A stretch of DNA of 64,000 nt from Cenarchaeum sp. (GTDB lineage Archaea > Thermoproteota > Nitrososphaeria > Nitrososphaerales > Nitrosopumilaceae), in the NCBI GenBank assembly GCA_965242695.1, contig CBDESU010000001.1:512001-576000 (forward strand), given 5' to 3'. Below, one piece after another: positions 37,643 through 48,021 of the stretch. Both the position numbers and the translations under genes were made by a program. Position 1 is the first letter of the stretch. Each line of letters starts with the position of its first letter. Below the pieces are notes generated by a model. It was given only the letters and a program-made list of their open reading frames with translations, searched no databases and had not been told where the DNA came from.

Positions 37643-38119
37643 ATGTTCATCACAAAAAAGTCTGCCGTTGAGCTGGGATACATACTAAAACACGTACCCG
37701 GGTACGAGTTTTCCTTGGACGAGTTCGATGATCGCCTCAGGTTTCAGAAGACGGTGTACCTTTTGCAGGCGTTTGGAATAAACATGGGGTACGAGTTCGC
37801 GTGGATCCTGCGGGGGCCGTACTGCACGCTTGCCGCGCACGACGGCTACGACCTGCGCGACGTCTACGACTCTATACCTACAGGGGGCAAGGTGTTCAAA
37901 AGTGGAAGTGCCAACAAGGCGTTCAAGAAGTTCTGCCGGTACGTGGGGAACAAGAGCACGAGGGACTTGGAGATCGCCGTGTACCTGCACTATTACAAGC
38001 TCACGGAGGACTGGGACGAGGCGCGCATCAAGGAGGCTGTCGCGGGCTGCCGCGAAGAGTTCACAAGGGGCATGGTCGACCGGGTGTGGTGCGATATGAG
38101 GCAGGCGGAGCTGGTTTGA
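37643..38119 (+). CDS. SocA/Panacea (YwgA-like) winged-helix protein
   Basis: RLRFQKTVYLLQ..GYEFAWILRGPYC..DLEIAVYLHY; AT-richer than its neighbours. Confidence 0.7.
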   Translation: MFITKKSAVELGYILKHVPGYEFSLDEFDDRLRFQKTVYLLQAFGINMGYEFAWILRGPYCTLAAHDGYDLRDVYDSIPTGGKVFKSGSANKAFKKFCRYVGNKSTRDLEIAVYLHYYKLTEDWDEARIKEAVAGCREEFTRGMVDRVWCDMRQAELV

Positions 38120-38648
38120 TGCGCGAATCCAAAGCGGCGCTCGGCCTTGACGCTGATCTGTCGTCCAAAGCGCGGTTCGGCTCAGATGTCGGGCCTTGCG
38201 ACGACCCTCGCAACAGTTAATGATGCCAGAGCGGGATGCAAGCCGCCTGCAACGCGCAGCAAGGGCTGCCTGACACGGGCGGCCGGCAGATCCGGCTGCG
38301 CCCGTGGGTTCGGAAACGGCCTACATCGGACACATTCCGACGGGAGGGAGGGGGGTGGCGGTTCTGACATCGCCGTAGCATCGCGGACGGCGGCGGGGCC
38401 GGCACCCTGCGCACTGCGAGGGCGGGGCGTGATTGAAAAGCCGCAGCCGCCTCTTGCGAATTCTGCCCGATGCCGCATGCTTGGCGCAGGCTGCGCCCGG
38501 GGCGCCAGCGACGCCGCTCCTGTGCGAGGCGGACAGGCGCCCGCAGGCCGAACAATGGCGGCGCGACGGTCGTCGTTCCGCAGGACCGATGTCTGCTCGA
38601 CGGCGACTCGAAACCGATTTAACGCCGCCGCTAGGCCGCGCCGCCGTC

Positions 38649-38882
38649 GTGCTGTACCACTTTGAGCTGCAGATGGCAGGGGTCGTCCTGTTCGCGGCCA
38701 TGGCCGCCGGCGCCGTCAGCCTGTGGCTCAAGAGGCGCCGCGAGAGGGCGGCCGACGAGGAGCGGGCGCGCGCCGAGGCCGAGGAGCGGGCGCGCGAGGT
38801 GGAGATGGGCGCGAGGGCCGACGGCGGGCAAGAGCCGAGGCAGGCCGGCGGCGACGGCGAGGGCCCGCAACCAAACAAATAG
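38649..38882 (+). CDS. Small single-TM protein
   Basis: TM MAGVVLFAAMAAGAVSLW then KRRRE and a charged tail; ATTTAA box at about 38617. Confidence 0.5.
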   Translation: MLYHFELQMAGVVLFAAMAAGAVSLWLKRRRERAADEERARAEAEERAREVEMGARADGGQEPRQAGGDGEGPQPNK

Positions 38883-38902
38883 GCCGCCCCAGCGTGCCCG
38901 GC

Positions 38903-39490
38903 ATGCGGCTCGTCGTGGCCATTACTGGCAGCACCGGCGTAGTCTACGGGGTGCGCCTCCTAGAGGCGCTCGGCGAGGCGGGTGTCAAGACAGACCTCGT
39001 CCTCTCAAAGTGGGGCGCAAAGTGCATACCGATGGAGACCGACAGGACAGAGGCGCATGTCCGGTCGCTCGCCGATGCGGTCCACGACGACTCGAACATG
39101 GCGGCCCCCGTCTCTAGCGGCACCCACCGGACGGACGGCATGGCCATCGTCCCGTGCAGCATGAAGACGCTCTCGGCCGTGGCGCACGGGTACGACGACA
39201 CGCTCGTCGCGCGCGCGGCAGGCGTGACGATAAAGGAGGCCGGCAGGAGGCTTGTCGTCGTCCCGCGCGAGGCGCCCCTGTCCGCAATACACCTCGAGAA
39301 CATGCTGCGCCTTGCAAGGCTCGGCGTGGTGGTGCTGCCGCCGGCCCCGGCGTTCTACACGAGGCCAAGGTCGGTCGCCGATATAGTCGACCATACGGTC
39401 GGCAAGTGCCTCGACCAGTTCGGCATAGATCACTCGCTGTACAGGCGGTGGGGGGACCGCGGGGACGCCGGCAGGCAGGTGCAGCTCTAG
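38903..39490 (+). CDS. ubiX: Flavin prenyltransferase
   Basis: VAITGSTG, APVSSG, PCSMKTL, RAAGVTIKE, PREAPL, PAFY. Confidence 0.94.
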   Translation: MRLVVAITGSTGVVYGVRLLEALGEAGVKTDLVLSKWGAKCIPMETDRTEAHVRSLADAVHDDSNMAAPVSSGTHRTDGMAIVPCSMKTLSAVAHGYDDTLVARAAGVTIKEAGRRLVVVPREAPLSAIHLENMLRLARLGVVVLPPAPAFYTRPRSVADIVDHTVGKCLDQFGIDHSLYRRWGDRGDAGRQVQL

Positions 39491-39553
39491 GGGGCCGGCG
39501 TGCTGCGGGGCCCCGCAAAAACGCTTAAGGGAGGCAGGCGGGCGGCGGCCACG

Positions 39554-40492
39554 TTGGACTACGACGAGATGGCCGACTTTGTACGGCATACGATGAAGAT
39601 GACGAGCGTGTACCAGCCGATTGTAATACGCACTCTCATCGAGTCGGGTGGGGAGGCGACCGACGAGGACGTGGCCAGGGCGTTCCTAGGCGAGGACAAG
39701 AGGCAGCTGGAGTACTATGTCCGTATTGCAAAGCGGTGGCCGCGAAATGTGCTAGAGGGGCACGGCGTCGTGGGGTACCGCAAGGGGGCCCGGGGCGAGA
39801 GCGGCACATTCACCCTCCGCCTGGAGGGGGCGACGGATGCGCAGCGCCGGAGGATCGCCGAGCTGTGCAACCTGCGCCTGGAGGAGTACATCGACAAAGA
39901 GACCGCCGGCATGCCGCTGTTCGGCGGGACCGGGCAGAGGCCGGCCGCGTCCGATGCGGCCAGGGACGCGGCGCTTGCACGGTCGGGCGGCATGTGCGCC
40001 GCATGCAGCACGCCGCTGCACAAGACCTCGACGCGCTTCGACTACATCGTGCCGCCGGGAATCGGCGGCGGCGCCGACGACCCGTCCAACCTGCAGGCGC
40101 TGTGCGCCGTGTGCAGCGTTTCCCGGAAGGACAGGAACGCGCTCGAGTTTCTGCTGGTGCGCAACCGCCTCATGTTCCGTAAGGGGTGCTACCTGTGCGG
40201 CGTGCGCGAGAGCGCCGACCTGGGCAACGAGCTGGCAGTCGCCGTGCCGGCCAGCCGCAAGGCGACATACGGGGACCACTGGATCGTGGCCCCCAAGAGC
40301 CACGTGCCGCGCTTCGAAGATATGCTGCCGGCCGAGAGGCACTTTTGCATGGATCTGATCGAGCCGGCCAAGGTGCGCATGCGCCAGGCCGGCTACATGG
40401 GGCGCGGGTTCAGCGTGAGCATGCGGGACGCGGCCGCCGGCGGCCGCGGCCACTTTGGAATCGACGTCGTGCCGGCGCCAAGCGCGGCGTAG
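39554..40492 (+). CDS. HNH-like plus HIT-like fusion protein with degenerate catalytic residues
   Basis: YQPIVI N-domain, CAAC..FDYIVP..GG.DD.SNLQALCAVC, CYLC..GDHWIVAPKSHV..GHFGIDVVP. Confidence 0.75.
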   Translation: MDYDEMADFVRHTMKMTSVYQPIVIRTLIESGGEATDEDVARAFLGEDKRQLEYYVRIAKRWPRNVLEGHGVVGYRKGARGESGTFTLRLEGATDAQRRRIAELCNLRLEEYIDKETAGMPLFGGTGQRPAASDAARDAALARSGGMCAACSTPLHKTSTRFDYIVPPGIGGGADDPSNLQALCAVCSVSRKDRNALEFLLVRNRLMFRKGCYLCGVRESADLGNELAVAVPASRKATYGDHWIVAPKSHVPRFEDMLPAERHFCMDLIEPAKVRMRQAGYMGRGFSVSMRDAAAGGRGHFGIDVVPAPSAA

Positions 40493-40512
40493 GCGGTTGC
40501 CGCCGATCGCGC

Positions 40513-41784
40513 CTACAGCAGCCCCAGGCGGCGGCCCGCCCTGCCGAACGCGTCGAGCTGCGCCGTCGATGTCGGCGGCATCGAGCAGGGCGGTCACCGA
40601 GACGCGCATCCTGGCGGCCCCGCGCGCCACGGTCGGGTACCTCACGGGGAGCGCGTACACGCCGAGCCGCGCCAGCTCGGCCCCAAGATCCACGGCGGCG
40701 CCCTCTGAGCCGACCATTACCGGCATGATGTGGGTCGGGCCTCCTCCCGGCGGCTCGCCGCCGGTGGCCCCTGCGCCGCTCCCCCTGCCCCCCGCGCCGC
40801 ACTCGAACCCGAGGGACGCGAGCCCCCCGCCCAGGCGCTTGACGTTGGACCACAGGCGCCGGCGGCGCGACTCGCGGGCCGGCCCGTCGGCCATTCTGGC
40901 GGCGGCATCGCGCACGACGGCAGGCGGCAGGGCCGACGTGTAGACGAGCGGGCGGGACGCGTTGACGAGCAGGTCGACGACGCCGGCATCGGCCGCAACG
41001 TACCCGCCGAACGACCCGAGCCCCTTGCTCAGGCTGCTCGTGTGCACGTCGACCATATCGGACACGCCTAGAGCGTCCGCCGTGCCGCGCCCTTCACCGC
41101 CCATGACAAAGTCGCCGTGCGCGTCGTCAAGCACGACGGACGCGCCGTGCGAGGCGGCCATCTCGCATATCTCGGGCAGGGCCGCCACGTCCCCGTCCAT
41201 GCTGAACACGCCCTCGGTCAGGACGAACGTGCGGCCCCCTCTGCCCCAGCGCCGCCCTCTTTCGCCCCTGCAAGGGCGCCCCGCAAAGAGTCCATGTCGT
41301 TGTGCGCGTACACGGCAATCCTGGCGCCGGACAGCCTGCACGCGTCGATCATGCTCGCGTGGTTGAGCGAGTCGGACAGGATGGCGTCCCCGGGGCCGGC
41401 AAGGCACTGCACGGCGCCGAGGTTGGCCATGTACCCCGTCGGGTACACGAGAGCGGCGCCGGCCGAGCGGTGGGCCGCAAGGGCCTCTTCAAGCCCCCCG
41501 TACGACGCGTCGTTGCCCGAGGCGAGGCGCGAACCGGGCGATCCCAGGCCGCCCTCAGCCCCGATGCTGGGCGCTGCCAGGCCGAGATAGTCGTTTGACG
41601 CAAGGTTGATCAGCGGGCGCCCATCAACCACAATCTTCGAGCCGCGCACCTCGCCGCCGCGCAGCCTCCGGTACAGCCCGCCGCGGCGCAGCCCGTCCAG
41701 GCGGGCGGACGCGGCGGCTGCGAGCGAGCCAGCCGCGGTGGCCCCAGACTGCAGCGGGCCATATGCCGCCCCACTTGCATCCAT
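40513..41784 (-). pseudogene. bioF: 8-amino-7-oxononanoate synthase with two frameshifts
   Basis: NLASNDYLGL, TGYMAN, DSLNHASMIDA / frameshift at about 41237 / EGVFSMDGD, DDAHG, SLSKGLG, RYPTV / frameshift at about 40560 / LDAFGRAGRRLGLL*. Confidence 0.85.
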
Positions 41785-41803
41785 GCCAGCACCGCGCGCA
41801 CTG

Positions 41804-42904
41804 CTAGGCCGCCGGCGGCGGCTCCTGCGGCCGCCCCTGCCGGCCTTTCCCGGCCGCATCCGCCCTGCTGCCGCCGGCCTCCAGCCCCTCGCCCTTGATC
41901 ATCGCAATGTCGCTTGCCGCATCCCTGCCGCCCATCGTCAGGTACCCCTCGGTGATCAGCCCGTTGGCGCCGCCGCGCAGCAGCGACCTGCCCGCGTCGG
42001 GCAGCATCGCCTCGCGGCCGCCAGACATCTTGATTACCGCCTCGGGCAGCAGGAACCGCAGCACGGCAAACATCCTCTCGGCCTCGCCGGCCGGCAGCGG
42101 GCGCTGCAGCTCGAGGGGCGTGCCGGGGACGGGCACGAGGATGTTGACCGTCACCTCTTCGGGCGCCAGGGCGGCGAGCTCGCAGGCGAGCTCGAGCCGC
42201 TGCCGGCGCGTCTCGCCCATCCCGATGATGCCGCCGGTGCACAGCTCTAGCCCCGCCGAGCGGGCCCTGCGCAGCGTGTCTATCCGGTCGTCGTACGTGT
42301 GGGTCGTGCATATCTCGGGAAACTTTGAGCGGGCCGTCTCTAGGTTGTGGTTGTACCTGCGCACGCCGGCGGCCCTCAGCTCGGCCGCCTGCCCGTCCGT
42401 GAGGAACCCGAGGCTGCACTCGACGCCTATCCCGACCTCGGCGACTATGCGGCGGACCATCTCGCAGACCCTTGCGAACCCGTCGGCCGGCGGGCTGCGC
42501 CAGGCGGCGACCAAACAGTACGAGTCCGACCCCGCATCGCGCGCGCGCCGAGCCCTCTCGACGACCTCGTCCGTTCCGGGCAGCTCGAACGGCTCGCGAC
42601 CCGACGGGTAGAACGCCGACTGGGCGCAGAACGAGCAGTCCTCGGTGCACGAGTTGCGCCGTATGTTGGCCAGCTGCTCGACGTCGACGGACGGCCCGTT
42701 GAACCCGCGCGTTATCGAGTCGGCCGCGGCGGCCAGGTCCGGCAGGCGCGCGTCGGGCACGTCCATGAGCGTCCCGGCATCCTCCAGGCCGATGCCTACG
42801 CCCGACATGACGTCCTCCATGCAGCGCGATATGGGATCGTCCTCGGGGGGCTGCCCGGGGCCGGATGTGCACTGCTCCGCGCCGTCGGACTCGCCGCCGC
42901 CCAT
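41804..42904 (-). CDS. bioB: Biotin synthase
   Basis: CTEDCSFCAQS radical SAM motif, YNHNLET, LCTGGIIGMGE, SGGRE, GYLTMGG. Confidence 0.95.
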   Translation of the reverse strand: MGGGESDGAEQCTSGPGQPPEDDPISRCMEDVMSGVGIGLEDAGTLMDVPDARLPDLAAAADSITRGFNGPSVDVEQLANIRRNSCTEDCSFCAQSAFYPSGREPFELPGTDEVVERARRARDAGSDSYCLVAAWRSPPADGFARVCEMVRRIVAEVGIGVECSLGFLTDGQAAELRAAGVRRYNHNLETARSKFPEICTTHTYDDRIDTLRRARSAGLELCTGGIIGMGETRRQRLELACELAALAPEEVTVNILVPVPGTPLELQRPLPAGEAERMFAVLRFLLPEAVIKMSGGREAMLPDAGRSLLRGGANGLITEGYLTMGGRDAASDIAMIKGEGLEAGGSRADAAGKGRQGRPQEPPPAA

Positions 42905-43812
42905 GCGGCGCGCCGACGAGCGGCGGCAAATAAACCATCGTTGTGCTGCGCCGGGGGATATGGCGGCCCTGAACTGTACTGCCAAATCCCTCCGCGCTGG
43001 CGGCCGTACATGGTCGCAATATCTACACTCGCCTTTGCCGTCGGCGCACAGGCATCCTCGGCGCGGTCGCGTACGGCGGCGGCGACTCGGAACCCGCCTC
43101 CGAGGACGGCACTGCCGCCAGCGTGCCGGCCGCCTGCGCCGAGGGCAATGCCGCCTGCGCCGCCGAGGATGCCCTACGGACGGCCGAGTGGCTGGCCGCC
43201 GGTACGCTCCGCGCTGCCGCCGACGGTGCGGTGGCCGCCGCCGCCGCTGGCCTAGCGGATGTCGCGGTCGACACGGCCGCCGACATTGGTCGGGATGCCG
43301 TGCATGACGTCCGCCAGTCGCAGTCAGGCCTGCACTCGCCGATCGGGCAGTCGAACGCCTGCATGTGCCTGGCCCCTAGCGCCGGCACTGCCGGCATGTT
43401 TTTGCGTCGCCGATCCGAGTCCTATCGACGTCGGCGGCCTGGCGAGGGCCGCCGCCGGTCCGCGTCGGCCATCCGGGCACTGCGGACGGCCAGATTGTCT
43501 TACATATGTAAGACATGTGCGGCGGCCGGCAGGCTCCTCGGCAAGTGCAGGGGCGGCGGCGGACTCGCATCGGCGCCGACACTGGCGGCGGGCATTGAGG
43601 CCGCCACCGCGTCCCGGCCTCCACCGCCGCGTCCCGCCCGGCTCGCCTCTTTCGCCGCATGTCAATCAAGGGCAGTGCGGCGGGCACTGCGGTGGCCGCC
43701 ATGCCGGGCCCGATTGGGTGGGGGCCCCGCGCCGATCGAGGGCAGTGCGGCCGCGCCGCCGGCGGCCATCCGGCCCGACGGAGTTATAGCCAGGCGCGCG
43801 GCCGCCGCCTGC

Positions 43813-46110
43813 ATGTCCCGAGTCCCGTGCCGCCGCCCTGCCCTGTTGCTTGCCGCAGTCCCTGTTGCGCTGGTGGTGCTCTTGCTGGCGACGCCGGCGC
43901 CGCCGGATGTGGCCCATGCCCAGCCCATGCCCCCCCAGCCGCCGGCCGGCAATGATGCCGCCACAGGACTCTCGTCGCCAAGCGACATAGATTACCGTCA
44001 AGGCCGGGCCGTCATTGCCGACACCGGCAACCATCGCATTGCGGTATTCAATGTTGACGGCACCTTTGACAACGTGAACATCACTCTTGCGTTCATGATC
44101 GGCGGGCCGGGCAGCGGCAACGGCACCGGCGAGTTCTCGTCGCCGAAGTCGGTCGCCATGACCCGCAACCACCGAATCGCCGTCGCCGACACCGGCAACC
44201 ACCGCATCCAGGTCTTCCATCCCAACGGCACGTTCGACTTCATGATCGGCGGGCCAAATAGAGGCAACGGCACCGGCGAGTTCTCGTCGCCAATGGGGGT
44301 GGCCATGTTGTCACGCAGCGAGCTGTATGTAGCCGACACCGGCAACCACCGCATCCAAGTCTTCCGCCCCAACGGCGTGTTCGATTTCATGATCGGTGGG
44401 CCAACGTACTTCGGCAACGACACCGTTATCGAGGAGTTCTCGTCGCCCGAGGATGTGGAGGTAGAATTCCCATCTGGAGATATCGCCGTCGCCGACACCG
44501 GCAACCACCGCATCCAGCGGTTAGATCCTGACGGCAGTTTTTGGATCGAGTTCGGAACGGAGGGCAACGGCACTAGGCAGCTAAGCGCCCCAGGATCTAT
44601 TGAGATTGCCGGGAGCACGCTTGTCGTCGCCGACACCGGCAACCACCGCGTTCAGCTGTTCACCTCACTGGGGACGCATGCTGACGTAATAGGAACGAAG
44701 GGCACCGGCGACGGGCAGCTATTGTCGCCGGAAGGGGCCGTGATTGGCGGGTGGTCGATGCCCTACGTCGCCGACACCGGCAACCACCGCATCCAGGTCT
44801 TTTATCGCAACGGCACGCTGCATCCAAACAGCACGTCATTTTTTAATCTGCCGTTGCCGGGCGGCAACGGCAACGGCACGGACGGCCCGCCGGCGACGGG
44901 GATGCCGGGCGGCAACGGCACGGACGGCCCGCCGGCGACGGGGATGCCGGGCGGCAACGGCACGGACGGCCCGCCGGCGACGGGGATGCCGGGCGGCAAC
45001 GGCACGGACGGCCCGCCGGCGACGGGGATGCCGGGCGGCAACGGCACGGACGGCCCGCCGGCGACGGGGATGCCGGGCGGCAACGGCACGGACGGCCCGC
45101 CGGCGACGGGGATGCCGGGCGGCAACGGCACGTCCTCCCCCTCCACGCATCCCGCTGACCTCTCTCACATCGCCCCAGACTCGAACGGCATGCTCCCTCC
45201 TGACCAGTCCGGGATCTCAAGGGAGGCGGCGGCGGTCATGTTCGCTCCCCGCACCAATTTTACCCGTGCCGGCACCGGAGAGGCGCACACAGGGCAGATC
45301 AACGTCACGGTGGCCAGCGGCGAAAGGCAGGAGGCCGCCGTGGCCGCGCTTGTGGGGCTCGGGAATGCCGGCGCATCCGAAAGGATCGGCACCGTAGTGG
45401 AGATCGGCAGTCCCGACGAGGACATTGCACTGGACGGCATCGCGATCGTACTGCTCCGGGGCCAGCCGCCGCATGCCGAGCTCTACCACATGGATAGCGC
45501 CGGCAGCGTAACGAAGATACCGGAGTGCGGCAGCGCCGAGTATCCGGCAGACTGGCTTGGGGACAACCTAGCATCGACGCCGTTCTGTCATGTCGCATCG
45601 GGAGGCAGTGCGGCCATGTGGAACTATACAATCTACACGTACCGCCTGAGCGCATTCTTCGCCGTTGGGTCGCAGCCGCCGCCGGCGGGCGCCGTGGACA
45701 GCTGCTCGATAGCGCTCGCCGACGAGTCGCTTGCCGTAAGCGCCGCCCCGGGCAGTGCCTCGCAGCCGGTCAAGCAGACCCTGAGCAATGCAGGCTCGCT
45801 TGTCCTCAAGAACGTCGAGATCAACGCGACGCGGTGGTTTTTCGACCCCGCGGGCGAGCCTCCGTACGGCGCGAATGCCGCGTCGTTGCCGCCCACCCTC
45901 ACCGAGCTGAGCTTGACGTATCCGGCCCTGGGCACGTTCAAGGCCCTGCCCGCTGGAGGGACGGCTCTGCTGCCGCTGGCCGCCGGCCTGCCGCCCGACG
46001 GCGAGCTTAGCCTATGGTACAGGCTCAACCTGGACGGCCGGCAGGCCGGCGGCGGGGTGCTCGTGCAGTACGTATCGTATGTGGCAGAGTGCGCCGCCCC
46101 TGCCCCCTAG
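43813..46110 (+). CDS. Secreted NHL-repeat beta-propeller protein
   Basis: Signal peptide; about six VADTGNHRIQVF repeats; Pro/Gly stalk; C-terminal beta domains; TTATA box at about 43784. Confidence 0.9.
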   Translation: MSRVPCRRPALLLAAVPVALVVLLLATPAPPDVAHAQPMPPQPPAGNDAATGLSSPSDIDYRQGRAVIADTGNHRIAVFNVDGTFDNVNITLAFMIGGPGSGNGTGEFSSPKSVAMTRNHRIAVADTGNHRIQVFHPNGTFDFMIGGPNRGNGTGEFSSPMGVAMLSRSELYVADTGNHRIQVFRPNGVFDFMIGGPTYFGNDTVIEEFSSPEDVEVEFPSGDIAVADTGNHRIQRLDPDGSFWIEFGTEGNGTRQLSAPGSIEIAGSTLVVADTGNHRVQLFTSLGTHADVIGTKGTGDGQLLSPEGAVIGGWSMPYVADTGNHRIQVFYRNGTLHPNSTSFFNLPLPGGNGNGTDGPPATGMPGGNGTDGPPATGMPGGNGTDGPPATGMPGGNGTDGPPATGMPGGNGTDGPPATGMPGGNGTDGPPATGMPGGNGTSSPSTHPADLSHIAPDSNGMLPPDQSGISREAAAVMFAPRTNFTRAGTGEAHTGQINVTVASGERQEAAVAALVGLGNAGASERIGTVVEIGSPDEDIALDGIAIVLLRGQPPHAELYHMDSAGSVTKIPECGSAEYPADWLGDNLASTPFCHVASGGSAAMWNYTIYTYRLSAFFAVGSQPPPAGAVDSCSIALADESLAVSAAPGSASQPVKQTLSNAGSLVLKNVEINATRWFFDPAGEPPYGANAASLPPTLTELSLTYPALGTFKALPAGGTALLPLAAGLPPDGELSLWYRLNLDGRQAGGGVLVQYVSYVAECAAPAP
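44881..45132. repeat. Six perfect 42-nt tandem repeats (DGPPATGMPGGNGT)
   Basis: gacggcccgccggcgacggggatgccgggcggcaacggcacg x6. Confidence 0.95.
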
Positions 46111-46227
46111 ACGCCGAGCGCTCTTGCCCAGGTCAGGGCCACGGCTTGAATTTTTCGGGCGGCCGCGACACCCAAGGCAGCGGCCGGAAAACGGTAACCA
46201 TACATATGACCGTGGGGCGGCGCGGGG

Positions 46228-48006
46228 ATGGCGACATCCCGAGCGGCCATTGCGTTGCTTGCCGTCGCCGCCGCGGCGCTGGCGACCGTCCCGCTTGCGG
46301 CCCCTGACGCGGCGCATGCCGTCGCCGAGACCGCCGACGGCACAGCGGCCACCGCCACCGCCACCGCCACCGCCGCGCCGGAGGTTGCGGCCGGCATGGC
46401 GGCCGTCGCCGACACCGGCAACCACCGCATCCAAGTCTTGAATGCCGACGGCACTCCCGCCTTCGAGTTCGGGTCGCACGGCAGCGGCGCCGGCGAGTTC
46501 TCGGCGCCGGAGGGGGTCGCACTGGGCGGCGACGGCATGATCGCCGTCGCCGACACCGGCAACGACCGCGTGCAGGTCTTCCATCCCAACGGCACGTTCT
46601 ACCATGCGTTCGGCTCGCACGGCTCCGCCGTTGGGCAGTTCGACGGCCCGCGTTCGGTCGCCTTTGTTCCGTGGCTTGGCATGATCGCCGTCGCCGACAC
46701 CGGCAACGATCGCATTCAGGTGCTCTACATAGACGGCACTCCCGCCTTCGAGTTCGGGTCGGAGGGCCGGGCCGCGGGGCAGTTCTCGGCGCCCGAAGGG
46801 GTCGCCTTTGCGCGCGACGGCATGATCGCCGTCGCCGACACCGGCAACGATCGCATTCAGGTGCTCTACATAGACGGCACTCCCGCCTTCGAGTTCGGGT
46901 CGGAGGGCCGGGCCGCGGGGCAGTTCTCGGCGCCCGAAGGGGTCGCCTTTGCGCGCGACGGCATGATCGCCGTCGCCGACACCGGCAACGACCGCGTGCA
47001 GGTATTTTGGCCCGACGGCGATTTTTGGCGCATGTTTGGATCCCACGGCGACGGCGACGGGCAGTTCGACGGCCCGCGTTCGGTCGCATTCGCGGCATCG
47101 GACAACCGGATCGCCGTCGCCGACACCGGCAACGACCGCGTGCAGATCTTGGGCATTGGCGGCGGCTTTGTCAGCGAGTTTGACTCGCCGGGCACTGCCG
47201 GGCAGATCAGCTACATGCGGTTGGCTACGCCTGTTCCGTTCGCGTTGCCGTACGACGATGTTGGCGGCCCGTCCGGTTTGCTCGGCCCGTCCGGCGCATC
47301 GGGACCGTCCGGCGCATCGGGACCGTCCGAATGCCGGCAGGCGGGCAGCGGCGTGCATGCGGCGGCACCTTCCGGCGTGAATTTCTCTAGCGCGTTTGCC
47401 GTTGCCGATCGCAACAACCACCGAATCCAGGTCTTCCATGCAAACGGCACCTTTGACTTTGCGTTCGGGTCGTTAGGCAGTGGCGAATGCGAGTTTAGGT
47501 TGCCAGAGTCCGCGGCCTACTCGCCGTCCGGTGATCAGATCGCCGTGGCCGACCGGCGGAACAACCGAATCCAGGTCTTCCATGCAAACGGCACCTTTGA
47601 CTTCATGATCGGGGGGACGGCAAGCGGCAACGGCACCGGGCAGTTTGCCAGTCCGCGCTCGGTCGCATACTCCCCGGACGGCACCCGGATCGCCGTGGCC
47701 GATAGGTTCAACTACCGCATCCAGGTATTCCACGCCGCCGACGGCGCGTTCGACTTTGCATTTGAGCCGCCTGCCACCGCCAACAGAACTTATATCGAGC
47801 CGCGCTCCGTCGCGTACTCGCCGTCCGGCGATCTAATCGCCGTGGCCTTGGGCAACCACAGCGTCCAGATCTTCCACGCCGCCGACGGTACGTTTGCCGG
47901 CGACCTCGGATCGTGGAGCGGTGATCGCAGGGAGAATGATTACACCGATCCCACATTCGCCGGCTTTTCCCCTTCGGGCGACCAGATCGCGACGGTTAGC
48001 CCCTAG
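46228..48006 (+). CDS. Secreted NHL-repeat protein, 5' part (ends at an in-frame TAG)
   Basis: Signal peptide ending AHA; NHL repeats; exact 141-nt duplication at 46681/46822. Confidence 0.85.
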   Translation: MATSRAAIALLAVAAAALATVPLAAPDAAHAVAETADGTAATATATATAAPEVAAGMAAVADTGNHRIQVLNADGTPAFEFGSHGSGAGEFSAPEGVALGGDGMIAVADTGNDRVQVFHPNGTFYHAFGSHGSAVGQFDGPRSVAFVPWLGMIAVADTGNDRIQVLYIDGTPAFEFGSEGRAAGQFSAPEGVAFARDGMIAVADTGNDRIQVLYIDGTPAFEFGSEGRAAGQFSAPEGVAFARDGMIAVADTGNDRVQVFWPDGDFWRMFGSHGDGDGQFDGPRSVAFAASDNRIAVADTGNDRVQILGIGGGFVSEFDSPGTAGQISYMRLATPVPFALPYDDVGGPSGLLGPSGASGPSGASGPSECRQAGSGVHAAAPSGVNFSSAFAVADRNNHRIQVFHANGTFDFAFGSLGSGECEFRLPESAAYSPSGDQIAVADRRNNRIQVFHANGTFDFMIGGTASGNGTGQFASPRSVAYSPDGTRIAVADRFNYRIQVFHAADGAFDFAFEPPATANRTYIEPRSVAYSPSGDLIAVALGNHSVQIFHAADGTFAGDLGSWSGDRRENDYTDPTFAGFSPSGDQIATVSP

Positions 48007-48021
48007 GACAATACTGTAAAG

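Noticed and set aside
43023-43400. Possible remnant of a repeat surface protein on the minus strand
   Set aside because: Only a vague Gly-rich similarity interrupted by stops, too weak to call.
44881-45132. Tandem repeats as a possible CRISPR array
   Set aside because: The units are contiguous with no spacers, are a multiple of 3 and are in frame within a protein. No cas genes are present. The same holds for the 102-, 141- and 147-nt repeats.
48004-48006. Genome-wide TAG recoding
   Set aside because: Many conserved genes here (fusA, ffh, gap, ubiX, mvaS) end at TAG at the expected length.
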